A stretch of 62,538 nt of DNA, filler included, from Collodictyon triciliatum (lineage: Eukaryota): assembly GCA_043381765.1 (NCBI GenBank). It is 4 parts of 4 records of this genome, joined end to end, with 100 filler letters (N's around TTAATTAATTAA, not from the genome) between each part and the next. Parts side by side here need not be neighbours in the genome. Positions count along the whole stretch, not along the records: positions 21,586 to 42,686 come from JBHJMP010000528.1; positions 42,787 to 56,450 come from JBHJMP010000532.1; 2 more parts are not named here. One strand, written 5' to 3'. Below are positions 41,097-54,282 of the stretch, piece after piece. Position numbers and translations under genes: made by a program. Numbering within the stretch: position 1 is the stretch's first letter; every line of letters starts with the position of its first letter. The notes beneath the pieces are model-generated. The model was given only the letters and a program-made list of their open reading frames with translations, did no database searches and had not been told where the DNA came from.

Positions 41097-42496
41097 TTAA
41101 TCGAGAGCCTCGAAATCGATCTGGCCAGTCTTTTTGCTGGAATATGGATGAAAAGAGTCATCTGGTTCACGATTCGAACGACCGAGTCTACCCTTCTGTT
41201 CTTCTTCCTCGTCCTCTTCTGAGTCTATATCCCCGATTTCTTGATCCCCATCCCCATCCTCATCATCAAACTCATCGCCCTCTTGGGCCCATCTCGGATC
41301 CCTACCAATCATCGCCCTCCTCACCATATCAAGCTCTTCATCTTCCTCTGCCTCATCAAAATCAATCTCTCCACCAGCAAAATCATGCAAAAATCGAGCG
41401 AAATCGTCTCCATCGTCGTCGTCCTCATTCTCTGAGTCATCTCGGAAGGAATCATCCTCATCCTCATCCTCATCCTCATCATCATCTCCACCATCACCAA
41501 AAGCAAATGCAACACCACTCTCTCCATGATTTAGACTTTGATGCTCGATGGCTTCTGTATGGCTAGTGCGTCTTGTGTGGGAGCTTTGTTGATTTGAAGA
41601 GATTGTCGCTTTAGTTACGTTGGCACTATCGGTATTTGTAGACCTTCTTCCGCTGAATCGCAGGTGCGTTTGGCGGCCCTTCAGATTTGGTTGATGTTTG
41701 CAGAGGTGATAAAAGATATATGTTGTTGTGAATTAGAAAATGAGAGAACGCTATGGATAAATATCTAATTGAAGATGAATGACTGTATTTTCCTCCTAAA
41801 GTATTTTCTAAATGGTAATGTACTGCGGAAGGAGCCAAAGATGCTTTTGCGTATTCAATCAAGAATCTCTTGGCAGCTTTCTTCTCATGTGACTAATAAT
41901 TGACCAGAAATTACTATTTTTAAAAATTAATAAGATAAATATAGATCAAAAATATGTGAAAGACAAATTAAGATATGCAAATATTACAAGAAAAAGTCAC
42001 GTTGGCAGGTACAATAAAAAAAATATTAAGAAAAGGCAGGGAGGGAATTACTTGAAGAAAATAAGGTGGCGTTCGGAGTGTAAACAAAGACTGTATCCCG
42101 ATAAATAAAGAAAGGATTCAAAATAGAAGGATGGCATAAGGGCGTCGGTGAAAACTTCAGGATACAAAACCTTTTGCTCGGCCAGTTCTCTCTCTTCCAT
42201 CTCTCTCTCGTCATCAGAGTCAAGCATTATTGCGGTCAACTGCTTCTTCTTTGGCTCTTGGCTTGGTATAGCGGCTTTTTTTCTCTCAAGATATGTGGGT
42301 AGTCTGACAGTGTTGGTGGCTCTCTACAATGCATAGTGATTATGATTATTATTATTTTTTTCCTTTATTCGATTCAAAGATTATGATTATTATTATAATA
42401 AAAAAGATAAAGAAAAGGGAAGCATAATCCACTGGATTTATGCACGCATATCATCATTTATTCACACATACACTTTTTTCTCCTTTCTCAACCTCG
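41097..42496 (-). CDS. 5'-partial gene for an acidic (D/E-rich) protein
   Basis: Exons ..RATNTVRLPTYLERKK..DSDDEREMEERELAEQK|SLFTLRTPPYFLQ|SHEKKAAKRFLIEYAK..|GRQTHLRFSG..long acidic tract..IDFEALD*. Upstream exons lost at the linker. Confidence 0.6.
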
Positions 42497-42786
42497 ATTT
42501 GAAAAGAGATGAATACAACAAGAACAAGAACAAGAACAAGAACAAGAACAAGAACAAGAACAAGAACAAGAACAAGAACAAGAACAACAACAACAACAAT
42601 AACAATAATAACAATAATAACAATAATAACAATAATAACAATAATAACAATAATAACAATAATAACAATAATAACAATAATAACAANNNNNNNNNNNNNN
42701 NNNNNNNNNNNNNNNNNNNNNNNNNNNNNNTTAATTAATTAANNNNNNNNNNNNNNNNNNNNNNNNNNNNNNNNNNNNNNNNNNNN

Positions 42787-43705
42787 GGGTAGCCTCTGTC
42801 ACTTTTTGAGCAAGAGAGCACTTCACAAATGTGTGTTCGATAGAGTCATCTCCACTATGGCACATGGTGCATTCTGGAGAGGTCGTTGCTGCATGGGCTA
42901 CACGCGCACCTATCCACAGCTCTCTGTTGGAGATATTGAGCAGTAGGGCGCAGTGTTTCGGGAGTAACTGAGGTATACGGGCTTGCTTCCAGCTTTTGAC
43001 TATCGGCGGGTCTATAATGCCTGTGGTTTCGGCCAACTACTCATCTTCTCCGGTTTGTAGGGATTCGGACTGATGATTTTACATCGAAACAGCTTGAAAT
43101 ACGCCATGGACATCGAGAATTGCGGAGAATCAGGCGTAATGGACCGCCTTTGGTTCTTCAGGCGAAAGAAAAATGACGACGGAACTCCGTATGAGATGGG
43201 ACGTCGTGAGCGCCATTCTCCTTTGTTGTTAAGGACGGCTGTGGTTGGGGTTGCATTCGAGGAGTGAAATATCGTTGCATTTTTCTACGGTGCGAAGCTC
43301 CCATCCTTTTGGAATGTGACTTGTTGCAGGATGAACGAGTTGTTTCCTTCTCTCGACTTGATGATACAGAAGCCTTTTGCTCTATCCCAGCAAAGTTGCC
43401 CTGTAACAGCGTGTAGTTGGGTAGACTCGTACATTTCACAGTTTTCATACAGAACCTTCCACCGCGCTAGTAGCGGCTCAGGAGTGTTTGGCGGGGGTGA
43501 TGGGATTCTGCTCTCACATAGCTGTGCCTTGAAGTTCGGGCATATGCGATGGATAAGATGCCACATACCACGCTGCCAAAATCCTTTCGGATGGGTTAGC
43601 ATATCTGTCCACCATTTCATCGTGAGTGATGTCCATGCAATACCATGCGTTATGACTCCCAGTCCTCCCTCCGTAGGTGGTTTAGAGAGCGTCTTGATTT
43701 TATAT
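42787..43705 (-). mobile_element. L1/Tx1-like ORF2 fragment (post-RT region and zf-RVT)
   Basis: TLSKPPTEGGLGV..MKWW (L1-clade P-x-x-EGGLG motif) followed by ECTMCHSGDDSIEHTFVKC. One stop and one frameshift. Confidence 0.8.
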
Positions 43706-44039
43706 TTTTGATACTTCGTTATGGTGGTTTATATTTGGGTATTAATACTTTATGGTTACATTATACGCCCCAAACCAGTCTTTTGGCGTCACATTATATA
43801 TTTATGAGTGACAAGAGCCTATACTTAGTTTTTACAAATCTCTTCATTTTCTAAATGCTGCAAAATAGCATTAAGACCTACGAATGGTTGACTTGATTTT
43901 GAAGGCCTTCATACCCAGGGGTTAGACCTTGTGCAGGATCGAATATCAGCTTGCGACTTATGATAGCCAAAATCTCATTTGTTTACTCGCCATTGTGGTG
44001 GTTGCTCATCAGTCATTTCTTTCTTTTTTTTATCTTCCC

Positions 44040-45780
44040 ATATTCTTAACTATTCGTGCATGATGAAGAGGGTTTGGGAATGAATTGCCCATGAACCACT
44101 CATGAAAATATACACACCTCCGAGTCTGTTATCCCTATTACCATATGTTTCTTAAGTACCTGGAATTATCGGAGACTCAAGCTGTCGGTTTGCATAAAAC
44201 ACAAATTGTATGATTCTTTGCATCTCCTTGCCTCCTGAAATCTTTAATGCATTCTCGGTTTACTTTATCGCCAAAATATCTGATTCACGATGATTTTTCG
44301 ATGAATGAGGTTATATCTTCAACAACTCTGCTATATATTGCCACTCTTGAATAATACGTTGGTGTCGAGGGTGCTTTACTTCATCTCACGCAAGGTTCAT
44401 TTTCCATTTGAATTAGCCCTATTGCAAGTGAGGAGGGGTTTCCGCAACACGGACATGCTTAGACAGAGTGCTTGAAAGTGGAAGCGGTGTTTTCAGAATT
44501 CAGAGTTGTTCGCTCCTTTTACGAGGGTCTTCTGTGACTACCCAATTTTAGCAGACTTTCATTTGCAATTCATCTCTGATGCACCATTCTTTGCAGTAAG
44601 AGCAGTGGTTCTTGAAGAAGGGGTTTTTGAATAAATATGGGCGCAAAGTTATGATATCTCACTAGGTGTGATTTGCCGAATGCCATGAAGTCGAATTCAT
44701 TTACTTTTTTTTTTTTTTGCCAAGCTGCCATGTGCTTCCTATCTATAATATCTCCACCATCGCCATCATCATCCAACCCTCCTACCCACGTGACCAATCA
44801 ACCGGTTAGACAACTCACCTGAACAATTCGCTATCCCTGATTTCTTCTCAGTGCCAGCCTCTTCATAGAAGTCTCTTCCACTCATGTTTGCTCTCTGCCA
44901 CGCACATACATCTCACCCTTTGTGCGGCTTTATATTGTTGTGCTTTGAATCAAACAAAGGAAAAGAATTCGTCGCCATCATCGTCATCATCAAGACCATA
45001 ATTCTAAGTTTAACTGACAATATTGCTTGGAATTGTGAAGGTTAAGAATCTCAGGGAGTGACAAAAAAAAAGGTAAGTATATTCCTTTCCAAAAATCATC
45101 TATTAATATGCGCCATCACTTCATATTGGTGAACAAGAAAGTATCTGCATATTCGGAAGCTTCTTTCGTTAATGACCAACACATCCGATTTATGTATCTC
45201 GATTATGAACCGCTTCATTCCTCACCATCCGGGTTGAATCATAGAGTCCTTGATTTGCATGAATGATTTTTCCGCGTCATAGATTCTTATGATGATGCCA
45301 CTTACAATTGGAAATGTTTGTGGGGGCCATTTGGTATGAGCAAAAGATTCATGGAATCCTGACTCACTCGAGTAAGATTGATGGGGACTGTTTCTGTCCG
45401 AAAGACATCAAACGAAGTAGAATCTTGGCCGGGCCGAATGTCTTACAAAAAAAGAGTTCGTGACCGTGAGAGGAGGATTGTACACCTTTTATGTAACGTC
45501 CTATTCGTAGCGCTTTCGGGCTTCCATAACAATTCGCAGTGGATTCAGCATATCTGTGCAGTTTATGAAGGAATGGACTATTCATTACTTGCCACAAAGA
45601 AAGACAAAACTGTCTTGACATTTGTTTTTGGATACTTGACCCGAAGTAGTGCTTTTCGATTGCGCTCATTTCCTCATGTATCAATAATAGAATGATTATG
45701 TCCTCAAAGCATGCTCGGAAATGCAGTGCCAATTGGTGCGTATGTTGCTGGTGGTCTCGCTCGTTATGTTATGTGCTGAC
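44040..45780 (+). pseudogene. Decayed C5 DNA-cytosine methyltransferase (DNMT-like)
   Basis: Same frame, correct order: IV-like FFASPC (C at 44229), VI-like TLE*YVG (44343-44363), VII/VIII-like LLHLTQGSFSI*ISPIASEEGFPQH (to 44450), IX-like YLTRSSAFRLRSFP (45633-45674), X-like MLGNAVPIGA (45711-45740). Many stops, mostly TGA. Confidence 0.6.
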
Positions 45781-45896
45781 CTCGAACCGAAGGTGGCTGC
45801 ACTTCGAATGGTGGGCGCAATCATTGGGAGAACATATGCAGCATAATTATAACGCGTATTGATCAGGTATCCCCTCCGCATGGCACCATAAGAACT

Positions 45897-46455
45897 CATG
45901 CGACATGAAAGGCAAACAGATGGATGAGGTATACTTGAGAAGTGAGATATTATCAGCCACCAAACATAGGTATGGACTCTTTGTATTTGTTTGTTTATAT
46001 ATTGCATTTCGATCTTTGAGAGCCTCGAATATGACCACAACCTCAGCCTCAGCTTTCACATTGAACCAAATGTCTATGCGGGTGCCATTGTGTTGTGATG
46101 CATATGGGTTATGTGTTTGTGATGAAAGCGAAAAAAGTAAAAGAACAAGAAAAACAAAAAAAAACAAAATCTCAGCGGGATGATACCAGATGCATATGTC
46201 GACATATGAGAGCGGCGCACCCACTGAGTGTGCGCTGTATGCACTGTGCCGGTCTATATATGCACATGACTTCACACGAAGAACATCAAAAGCTGTTTAA
46301 ACCGATCAAGTAGCTAACACTACCTAATCAAAGAGGTATGCAAAGCTTCATGATGCGATGTCGCAAGGTGTTGCTTTTTGCCCTTTGCTCATCCTTCATC
46401 CCTTTCATCGACCTTGTTCTTTTTCGCCCCTTCACTCTCCATCGCCTTTGTCATC
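45897..46455 (+). repeat. Left arm of a ~560 bp inverted repeat
   Basis: Reverse complement of 48806-49362 (e.g. catgcgacatgaa.ggcaaacagatggat; gggatgataccagatgcatatgtcgacatatgagagcggcgcacccactg). High but imperfect identity. Confidence 0.95.
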
Positions 46456-47089
46456 TCCAACTCTTCCTTCCTGTAACCTTTTACCGCTTCTCTTTCTTCG
46501 TCTCTTTTCTCATCCAAGACCGCAGTAATTCTTCCCTGTATTTCCCTGCTTCCCCTCCAAATGTATTAGCTCATAAACCATCACATGCCGACCTAGCCTC
46601 CTTATTGTGTATTCGTTTGTCCATCCATCGCTTCCTGCTTCCCTGTTACAAATCATGCTTTCCTCAATGCTCATATTATCTAGATACCCTCATCATAATC
46701 GCATCCCCTGCTCCAGCGACGTAATGGACATTGGCTAGCAGATTCATCATCCTATACATCGATACTGATGCTCCTCGACTGACACATACTAAAGATGCTT
46801 TCTCTTCACAGCTCCGCTCTTGCTTTCTCGCTTCTATCCGCTATGTCTCACTACTTTCTTGTAGCCTATTGTCATCACCTGCACCTTCTCTTTTCTGATA
46901 TCATCAAACGCTACAATTAGTCTCTTCCCTTCAAAAGCTCTGCGGCATTTGATATCCTGTCTCACAATCTCATATTCTTTGAGGTTATTTCTTCTTGATG
47001 TGTGCTTACAAGCTATGATATTTGTCTCTCATTCATGGTGACCTGATAAACGCCACGCCACACTCGACACCTGATATGGCCATCTTTCT

Positions 47090-48260
47090 TGTTTGAGCTC
47101 CCCAATCCACCAGCTTATCGTATTCTACCGTCGGTTCTCCCACCCAAAGTGTGTGACATACTTTTCTCCATCTTTCATTTTGGCGAGCAAACGTGTGCTA
47201 TCATTTAATTTTTTCTCCCTTGGTGTCTCGTTATATAATTCAGGGAATGCGTTTATTGCATGGGACACAGGCACCGAATATATGTAGTAGGCGATGCATA
47301 CCACTGCTGGGCTATCAACAGCCTGATGCGGATGATGCCAAAGATGCAAGGTCTTTTGTTTGTTGGTGTATCTAGATGTGGAATTTATCGTAGCGCCGCC
47401 ATATGCTTACAGGCTGAGCGTGTCATAGCTGTGCGTATGCCTCATGTATCGTGCTAATGTGTGGCGCAACAATCCAATCGACTATGTGGCTGTTCCGACC
47501 GCGTTCAAATGAGTAAGCAAGTTGTATGAGTGTTTGGACTGGTTGATGTGATTGGGTATGGGAATGAATAAAGCAATGATTCCGTTGGAATGCCGGATAT
47601 GACGAGTTGTCACCAAGCCCATCAGCAGGGTGTTGCAAGGACGCAGTATGGCGACACGGTTGGGACACAGGAGTATCTTGAATTGGAATCACAAGGTATC
47701 TTGTCGGCCTTTTGGCTAAGATCAAGTGTACTATCTGTTCTTATCAGCTTAATATCTGATATGGCTCCCGCGCGGAGCCAACGATTTATTAAACTTATTT
47801 TTGCAGGGAGACTGCAGGAGTATGGCTTGCCAGACCCTCAGTCACGGGTGGATTCGGTATTGCAACACTTCCGAAATCTACTCACCGCCCAACATTTTAA
47901 ACACAAGGAAATAGCAATAATCGACAACCACCCACCAATTATGTGCCTGATGAGAATCAGAAGTCATTGACACTGCTACACACGCGGGCAACATGGTTGT
48001 GAGAGAGAGGTTCGTATTGGTTGGCACCTTCTTTCAGGCGTGCGATTGCTTTGCCGCTGTCTTGCCATCTTGGCGTGAAGACGCACTGATTACGAGACAC
48101 TTCTTCGGAAGAGTCTTGCAATCATATCTTAATCACAAAAGGTTTACCCTCGCTTGGTACTCACAAGATGGCGGCTCGCACACTTTGGTTATGTGATGTG
48201 TCATAAAGCGGGCGATATTAAGGCACTCAAGATAGCCACCACCTCAACACATAAAATATT
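47090..48260 (+). mobile_element. Degenerate DIRS-like (tyrosine-recombinase) retrotransposon pol remnant between the inverted repeats
   Basis: One frame gives RT-like FYRRFSHPKCVTYF..FNFFSLG..NSGNAF..LVYLDVEFIVA..LDWLM*LGMGMNK. Then RNase H-like LQHFRNLLTAQH..IAIIDN and YR-like LAHFGYVMCHKAGDIKALK. All motifs are heavily decayed. Confidence 0.4.
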
Positions 48261-48805
48261 TCGGTGGCGCTATATTACTTGGTCAAAGATATACCCTATC
48301 TATCCAACATCGAAACACAACATTCCAAAAAACAAAGACACAGAGTCGGTAAGTATGTTGCGAATGCCAAAGGACGAAGACGGCACGCCATTTTGAGTGC
48401 TTGGAAGACAGAGTGAGGCGAAGGAAGAATGAGAGATTTGTGAATAATACAATACCCAGCCAGTAGAAGAAAGCAACGTGAAAAAGCTCAACGACACATA
48501 CTGGGATGATTTCATCCTTTGGCGACTACAGGCTTAAGTTTGTGAGCGAGTGGAGGGAGATATCAGGATTGAGCTGATTCTAGGGGCATGTCCAAGTGAA
48601 GTGGAAGGTAAGAAGATATGCAAGAATGGAGACGTGATTGACAGAAGCACCGAATTGGACGGATGTCTTATTGAAGGGTGTGCGAAAAGACAAATATTGC
48701 AGGAGTAAAAAGCGGATTGTTTGATGAAGTTTAAAAATGGATGTGTTTCTATATAAATGGCTATTGCAGCGCAAGAGGAGGAGAAAGAGGAAATGTGCGC
48801 AAGAG

Positions 48806-49362
48806 GATGACAAAGACGATTGATAGCGAAGGGGCGAAAAAGAACAAGGTCGATGAAAGAGAAAATGGGTGAGAAAGAGAAGAAAGTAATACCTCGCGGC
48901 ATCGCATCACGGAACACAGCATACCTCTTTGATTGGGCAGTGATTGCTACTTGATCGGTTTAAACAACTTCTGATGTTCATAATGAGAAGTCATGCGCAT
49001 ATATAAACCGGCACAGTGCATACAGTGCACACACAGTGGGTGCGCCGCTCTCATATGTCGACATATGCATCTGGTATCATCCCGCTGATATTTCTTTTTT
49101 TTTTGTTTTTTTGTTCTTTTACTTTTTTCGCTTTCATCACAAACACATAACTCATACGCATCACAACATAATAATACCCGCATAGACATTTGGTTCGATG
49201 TGAAAGCTGAGGCTGAGGTTGCGGGTACATTCGATACTCTCATGCTTCGAAATGCAATATATAAACAGACAAATACAAAGAGCCCATACTTATGTTTGGT
49301 GGCTAATAATTATTCACTTCTCAAGTATACCTTATCCATCTGTTTGCCATTCATGTCGCATG
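48806..49362 (-). repeat. Right arm of the ~560 bp inverted repeat
   Basis: Reverse complement of 45897-46455. Retains the Cys/His-rich ORF 48947-49243. Confidence 0.95.
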
Positions 49363-49520
49363 CTTTCTTTTACCCTTTCCTAGCATTGAAAATCTTTCAT
49401 GCATATATTCCACAACATCCTTGCATTCATTCGTAGCCGTGATGTTTGGATTGGGATTCATTTTGCTCTGGGTATTGGGAATATTAGCAAATAGATTATT
49501 GGAACAATATATATATATAT

Positions 49521-49925
49521 GCATACATACATACATACATACATACATACATACATACATACATACATACATACATACATACATACATACATACATACAT
49601 ACATACATACATACATACATACNNNNNNNNNNNNNNNNNNNNNNNNNNNNNNNNNNNNNNNNNNNNNNNNNNNNNNNNNNNNNNNNNNNNNNNNNNNNNN
49701 NNNNNNNNNNNNNNNNNNNNNNTATTATGATTATTATTATGATTATTATTATGATTATTATTATGATTATTATTATGATTATTATTATGATTATTATTAT
49801 GATTATTATTATTATTATTATGATTATTATTATTATGATTATTATTATTATGATTATTATTATTATGATTATTATTATTATGATTATTATTATTATTATT
49901 ATGATTATTATTATTATTATTATTA
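49521..49925. repeat. (CATA)n and (TTA/TGA)n microsatellites around an N-gap
   Basis: Directly visible. Confidence 0.95.
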
Positions 49926-50349
49926 TCCATCATCCGTCATCCGTCATTATCATAACTCTAGTGTTGATGAGAAGGGACAGGGAAGTGGCGTGACTCAACG
50001 AGCGTGGGAGTCATATAACCCCATACACAACACCGACGAACCGCGTTTGCCGAAGCTGAGTGCCAGCGTGTCAGATGGTTTCGATGACCGACCCAGACGA
50101 ATCACAAAGACGAGGCAGAATGACTATACCAACACAGACAGCACAACGAGCCAGAGAACCAGGGCAATATGTTAACCATCGGCCTCCTTCTGCCAGGCTG
50201 CGAAGCGTTCAGCTTTACCAGTGTTGTGTGGCTGTTTCTCGAGCGGCCTTCTCTTTTTGCGCAAGTTGGGGGTTCGGGCCGGCTGCGGTAACTGGAGACT
50301 TTGTAGGAGCCCTCTGCAGAAGAAGTGAAGCAGGTGCTGATCGACAGGG

Positions 50350-53300
50350 ATGAGTTCCGGACGACTCACCAAAGGCTCGCAGCCGCCTCGCACAGAAAGC
50401 GAGTATTCCTTGTGGGAGGACCGAGTGGCTTCAGACTTTGCAAACACGTCGAGGCCGCCGATCAGCCGGAGGAGCGACGAGGCTTCTGCGAGGCACAAAG
50501 GAAAGGATGGGAACCAGCCGATCAATATGTCCGGGGTGGCCACCGAGAGCGACAGAAGGCGGGCAGTCATGCACGCTTTACTTCAGAAACGAATGTCCCT
50601 AAGAGACGAGTTGGAAAAGGGACTTGTGATAGACTCCACTCAGTGAGTAAACCAGCAAGTTGCATGCACATATATATCCTTTCTCTTTCTCTCGTGTTGC
50701 TTATCTTCTGTTTCGTCTACTGGGATGTGCGTTGTCGCTCCCAAAGAGATGTCGAACTATTGAGTTTTTTTATTTCGAGGTATAAATATCTCTCTTAATA
50801 TTCCTCAATTAACACACATCCACCTACATGCTCATTGATATTTTTTTTGTCTTTATATGTCACTGTTGAAGAGCAACAGATATTAGCTCCATTTCTAATC
50901 AGGAAGCTGAAAACAACACTTTGTCGCACAGTTGGATTGATGTAAAAAAATTGCTATATTTTCTTCTCGATCTCTTTTATGTTTTATGTTATTTTTTCTG
51001 TTTCCTGTCTTTTTTTTTTTTGAGGCGGATTGATTTCTAATTAATTGTGAATATTTTGTGAATGCATCATAGACTCTGGCAAGAAACACACAAGCCCGCG
51101 AAGACGAATACATCGGAGAGCGATTTGATGGTTGAATGAAGATATGATGAAAATGCTGATTTCTGCCTCCCTGCTCTTTTTCTTTTCTTGTACCCTCTAA
51201 GTTTGAGCTTTTCATGCGAGGAAATTACCACAACCATTCTTACTCGAGTATGATATTAGCCGAACCGAGCGTTACTAATTCGATGGAAGCTCGTAGTATT
51301 GGGTCTAACGGAGAGGAGTTTTTCCGCAGAGTAACTGAATGGCAGGTTTAAGACATTTTAATCTAACTTGATTTTAAGATGGGAATATTAGCAAGAACCT
51401 AAGAGTAAGAACTCTGTGTAATATATAGAGATTAAAAGAAGCACTTCACGATAAAGTATGTAAAATTTTATAGAAATACTAAGTCTCCCAAATTAAAGCA
51501 ACAAAAAGAAAAGGAATCCGAAATGAAGCGTAGAATGCAGGAAAATCATAGGCTGGCTGATTGCACATTTAAGCCCCATGTCGAAAGAAAAAGAAGTACC
51601 TCGACAGAAGTTCCCATAAGCGAGCGTCTTTACAAAGTGACAACTCATTTCTATATTTATTTTTAAGTAAAAAAAAAAAACATGGCAGATTGGTATCAAA
51701 GTGGGTATTTGCATTCTGAAATTCGCTTAAATAATGAAGGATCCATAAATAAAAAAAATCGTGTATTTAATCAGGAACATGAAGAAAGGTTACGGCTTCT
51801 TCAACAACGACAGCATATCCGCATGCAAGACTTGGACATTGATTGCACCTTCCATCCTCACATTCAAAGCAAGCGACTTGTTACTGAATCTAGATACAAG
51901 ACCCCACAGTAATAGTATATTGATATTTAGCTGTTTAGTTTGTAATCTACTTCAAACTTTGTATACAAAATGTAATATAATTTTACCATGTGCATGCACT
52001 GATATTTTTAATGTTATAAAAAATAATAAGAAGAAATTACAGCCTTTAAATTTGCTTTCTAATTTATAGTTTTTCGTATTATAAAATGAAATGCATAGGC
52101 ATTTAAGGATGTCTATTAAGGAACCTGAGCTTAGTACAGAAGAGAAAAATCTGTCAGAGTGCACGTTTACACCAAAGGTCTTTCAAAACGGGACTGTCGT
52201 GTTTTAAACTTATTACGGAATGAATAAAATATAGTTGTACTCTAGTGATCTTGCTATAATAGCACAAAGTATTATAATATGTAGTTTGTTTTGGCTTCTT
52301 TATTCTTTTCTCGTTGTTTTCCAAGTTTTTTATGAAAAATAAGTGATGGCTGAGATGCTTCTCATCTAGTTAGTAACTGCATAATATTTGTAAAGTTAAG
52401 TCGATCTAGAAATGTGCACTCTCTATGTATAGATTCTCAAGAAACCATCGAAATCGACAGCCTTGGAAAAATACCTCAGCAAAGACCCATTCGAGAGACT
52501 TAGCAGCTGTGCCACTAAAAGTAAATCAATCTCAATATCATTCCACTTCCAAATTTGAAGCTATATTCATTATGCGTGAACTCATTCCATTTTGGTCAAT
52601 TAATGCTACTGCCACTAGAAATATCAAAGAATCACCAATCACAAGAAGCAAAAAGTCAGCCTACGGAAAAGCCAGATAAAGGCGAGGAAAAATTCTTTGA
52701 TGACGACTCTTTATTTCGTCCTTTTGGTAGTATGTATATCTCTCAAACTGAAACTGAGCGAATGGAGCGCGAGCAACAAGATATTGAGACAACAAACCAA
52801 CTTCGCAGAGAGGTTCTATGAATTTTCGAAACTCTAAATCAGATTGAATCCTAGTATTTCTATTCCATTCCAATCTTATTATATATCCGCAATATAATTG
52901 TCTTCATGTTTGCAAAATTTGAGGCTTTCGAGAATTTCCTGAGGAGACAGACTGAACACTGTGAAAAAACAAAGCAAAAGATTGAAGTCGTACACAAGAA
53001 TTCCCAGGAAGATATAGGGCATCCATCTATTTGCGAGCGTTCAAGGAAAATTGCAGGTGGAAACTTGATTTTCTTTTTTAAAAGTATACGTGTAAACCTT
53101 TATGTTAAGCAATATCATCCGCCAATATGTGCCCTGCTACCAGGTTCTGATTTCTTCTTTATCTCTCGTTTTATATCACACAGAACAAAAAGGAGACTTT
53201 ACTTCACGACTGGATGATTATTTAAAGAGAAGGAAAGAATATGAAACTGTTTGTTATATATCGTCATGAGAAAAAAAAAGCCTCTGAAACGTGTCATCAG

Positions 53301-54282
53301 CCTTATCTGCTCCTCTATCGCTCCAATTATTCAATGACTTACAAATTTTAATATAGAAAAGGAAGCACGGATTAAATCACTCCCACGAATTGAGCTTCAA
53401 ACCCCAGATAACAAATATGGGGAAGAAAATGCCTAGCAGAAACCCAGAAGACCGAAGTTTGGGTGACTACTATCGCCTGGAAGTTGCTCGTGTGAGATAT
53501 CTAGTCCTCTTGCACCGTTTCCTTTTCAAGCAATCAATTTATCTTAAAGCGCAACCTATTGTCCTGTCACAAACAACAAGGTTCATGTGTTCGTAATTTT
53601 ATTCCACTTAGGAATCAGCAAAAATCCATGTGGAGGCAGAAAGGAAGGCCGAGGCTACATTCAAACCAAGCACCAACACTTCCATGTAAACTCATGAGAA
53701 TTATAAATGTATATGTATATATTAATTCACTGTGTAGCACTTTTGTCCATTATTTGAATTGATTTTAATTTAATTTGTACTTTTATTTTTATCGCCTGGT
53801 AGACGATCAAACAGCACTCTGAACATCCGCGCAGACCCAGAAGGGTATATAGAGCGGTTGCGGGTGAGTTTATCGTTTGGTTTAACGTGTCTTGCCAACA
53901 ACATAAGATATATTACGTGACAAGGTTATGAAGTCTTAAGGTTTTTAGAAGAAAAAAGGAAGGCCAAATTATACACCCGTGGAGGCTCCTATTATTTATA
54001 TTATCATTAAAATTAAATCTGATTTAAAAAAGTTGTAGATCGAGACAAGGACTAATGAAAATTATTATCATGTACCTCTAGACTAAAGAAAAGAGTCAAC
54101 AGGAAGTGAAGAAGCGTATCAAAGAGAGAAAAGAACGCGAAGAAATGTTGGAATGTACTTTTAATCCGGAAACGCACAGTGCGCCTATGTACGTGCAGCG
54201 TGTTGCTCGGAGTATGACGCAGATGAAAATCACATCCCCCGCCGCACCGCCACCTAATGACCCAATTCCTTGGAGGTATTAA
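50350..54282 (+). CDS. Multi-exon coiled-coil protein with repeated (C)TFxP motifs, probably cytoskeletal or ciliary
   Basis: Repeats ADCTFKPHV, IDCTFHPHI, SECTFTPK, LSFKPQI, ATFKPST, ECTFNPET with ERLY-like linkers. GT-AG introns. Ends ..DPIPWRY*. Confidence 0.7.
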
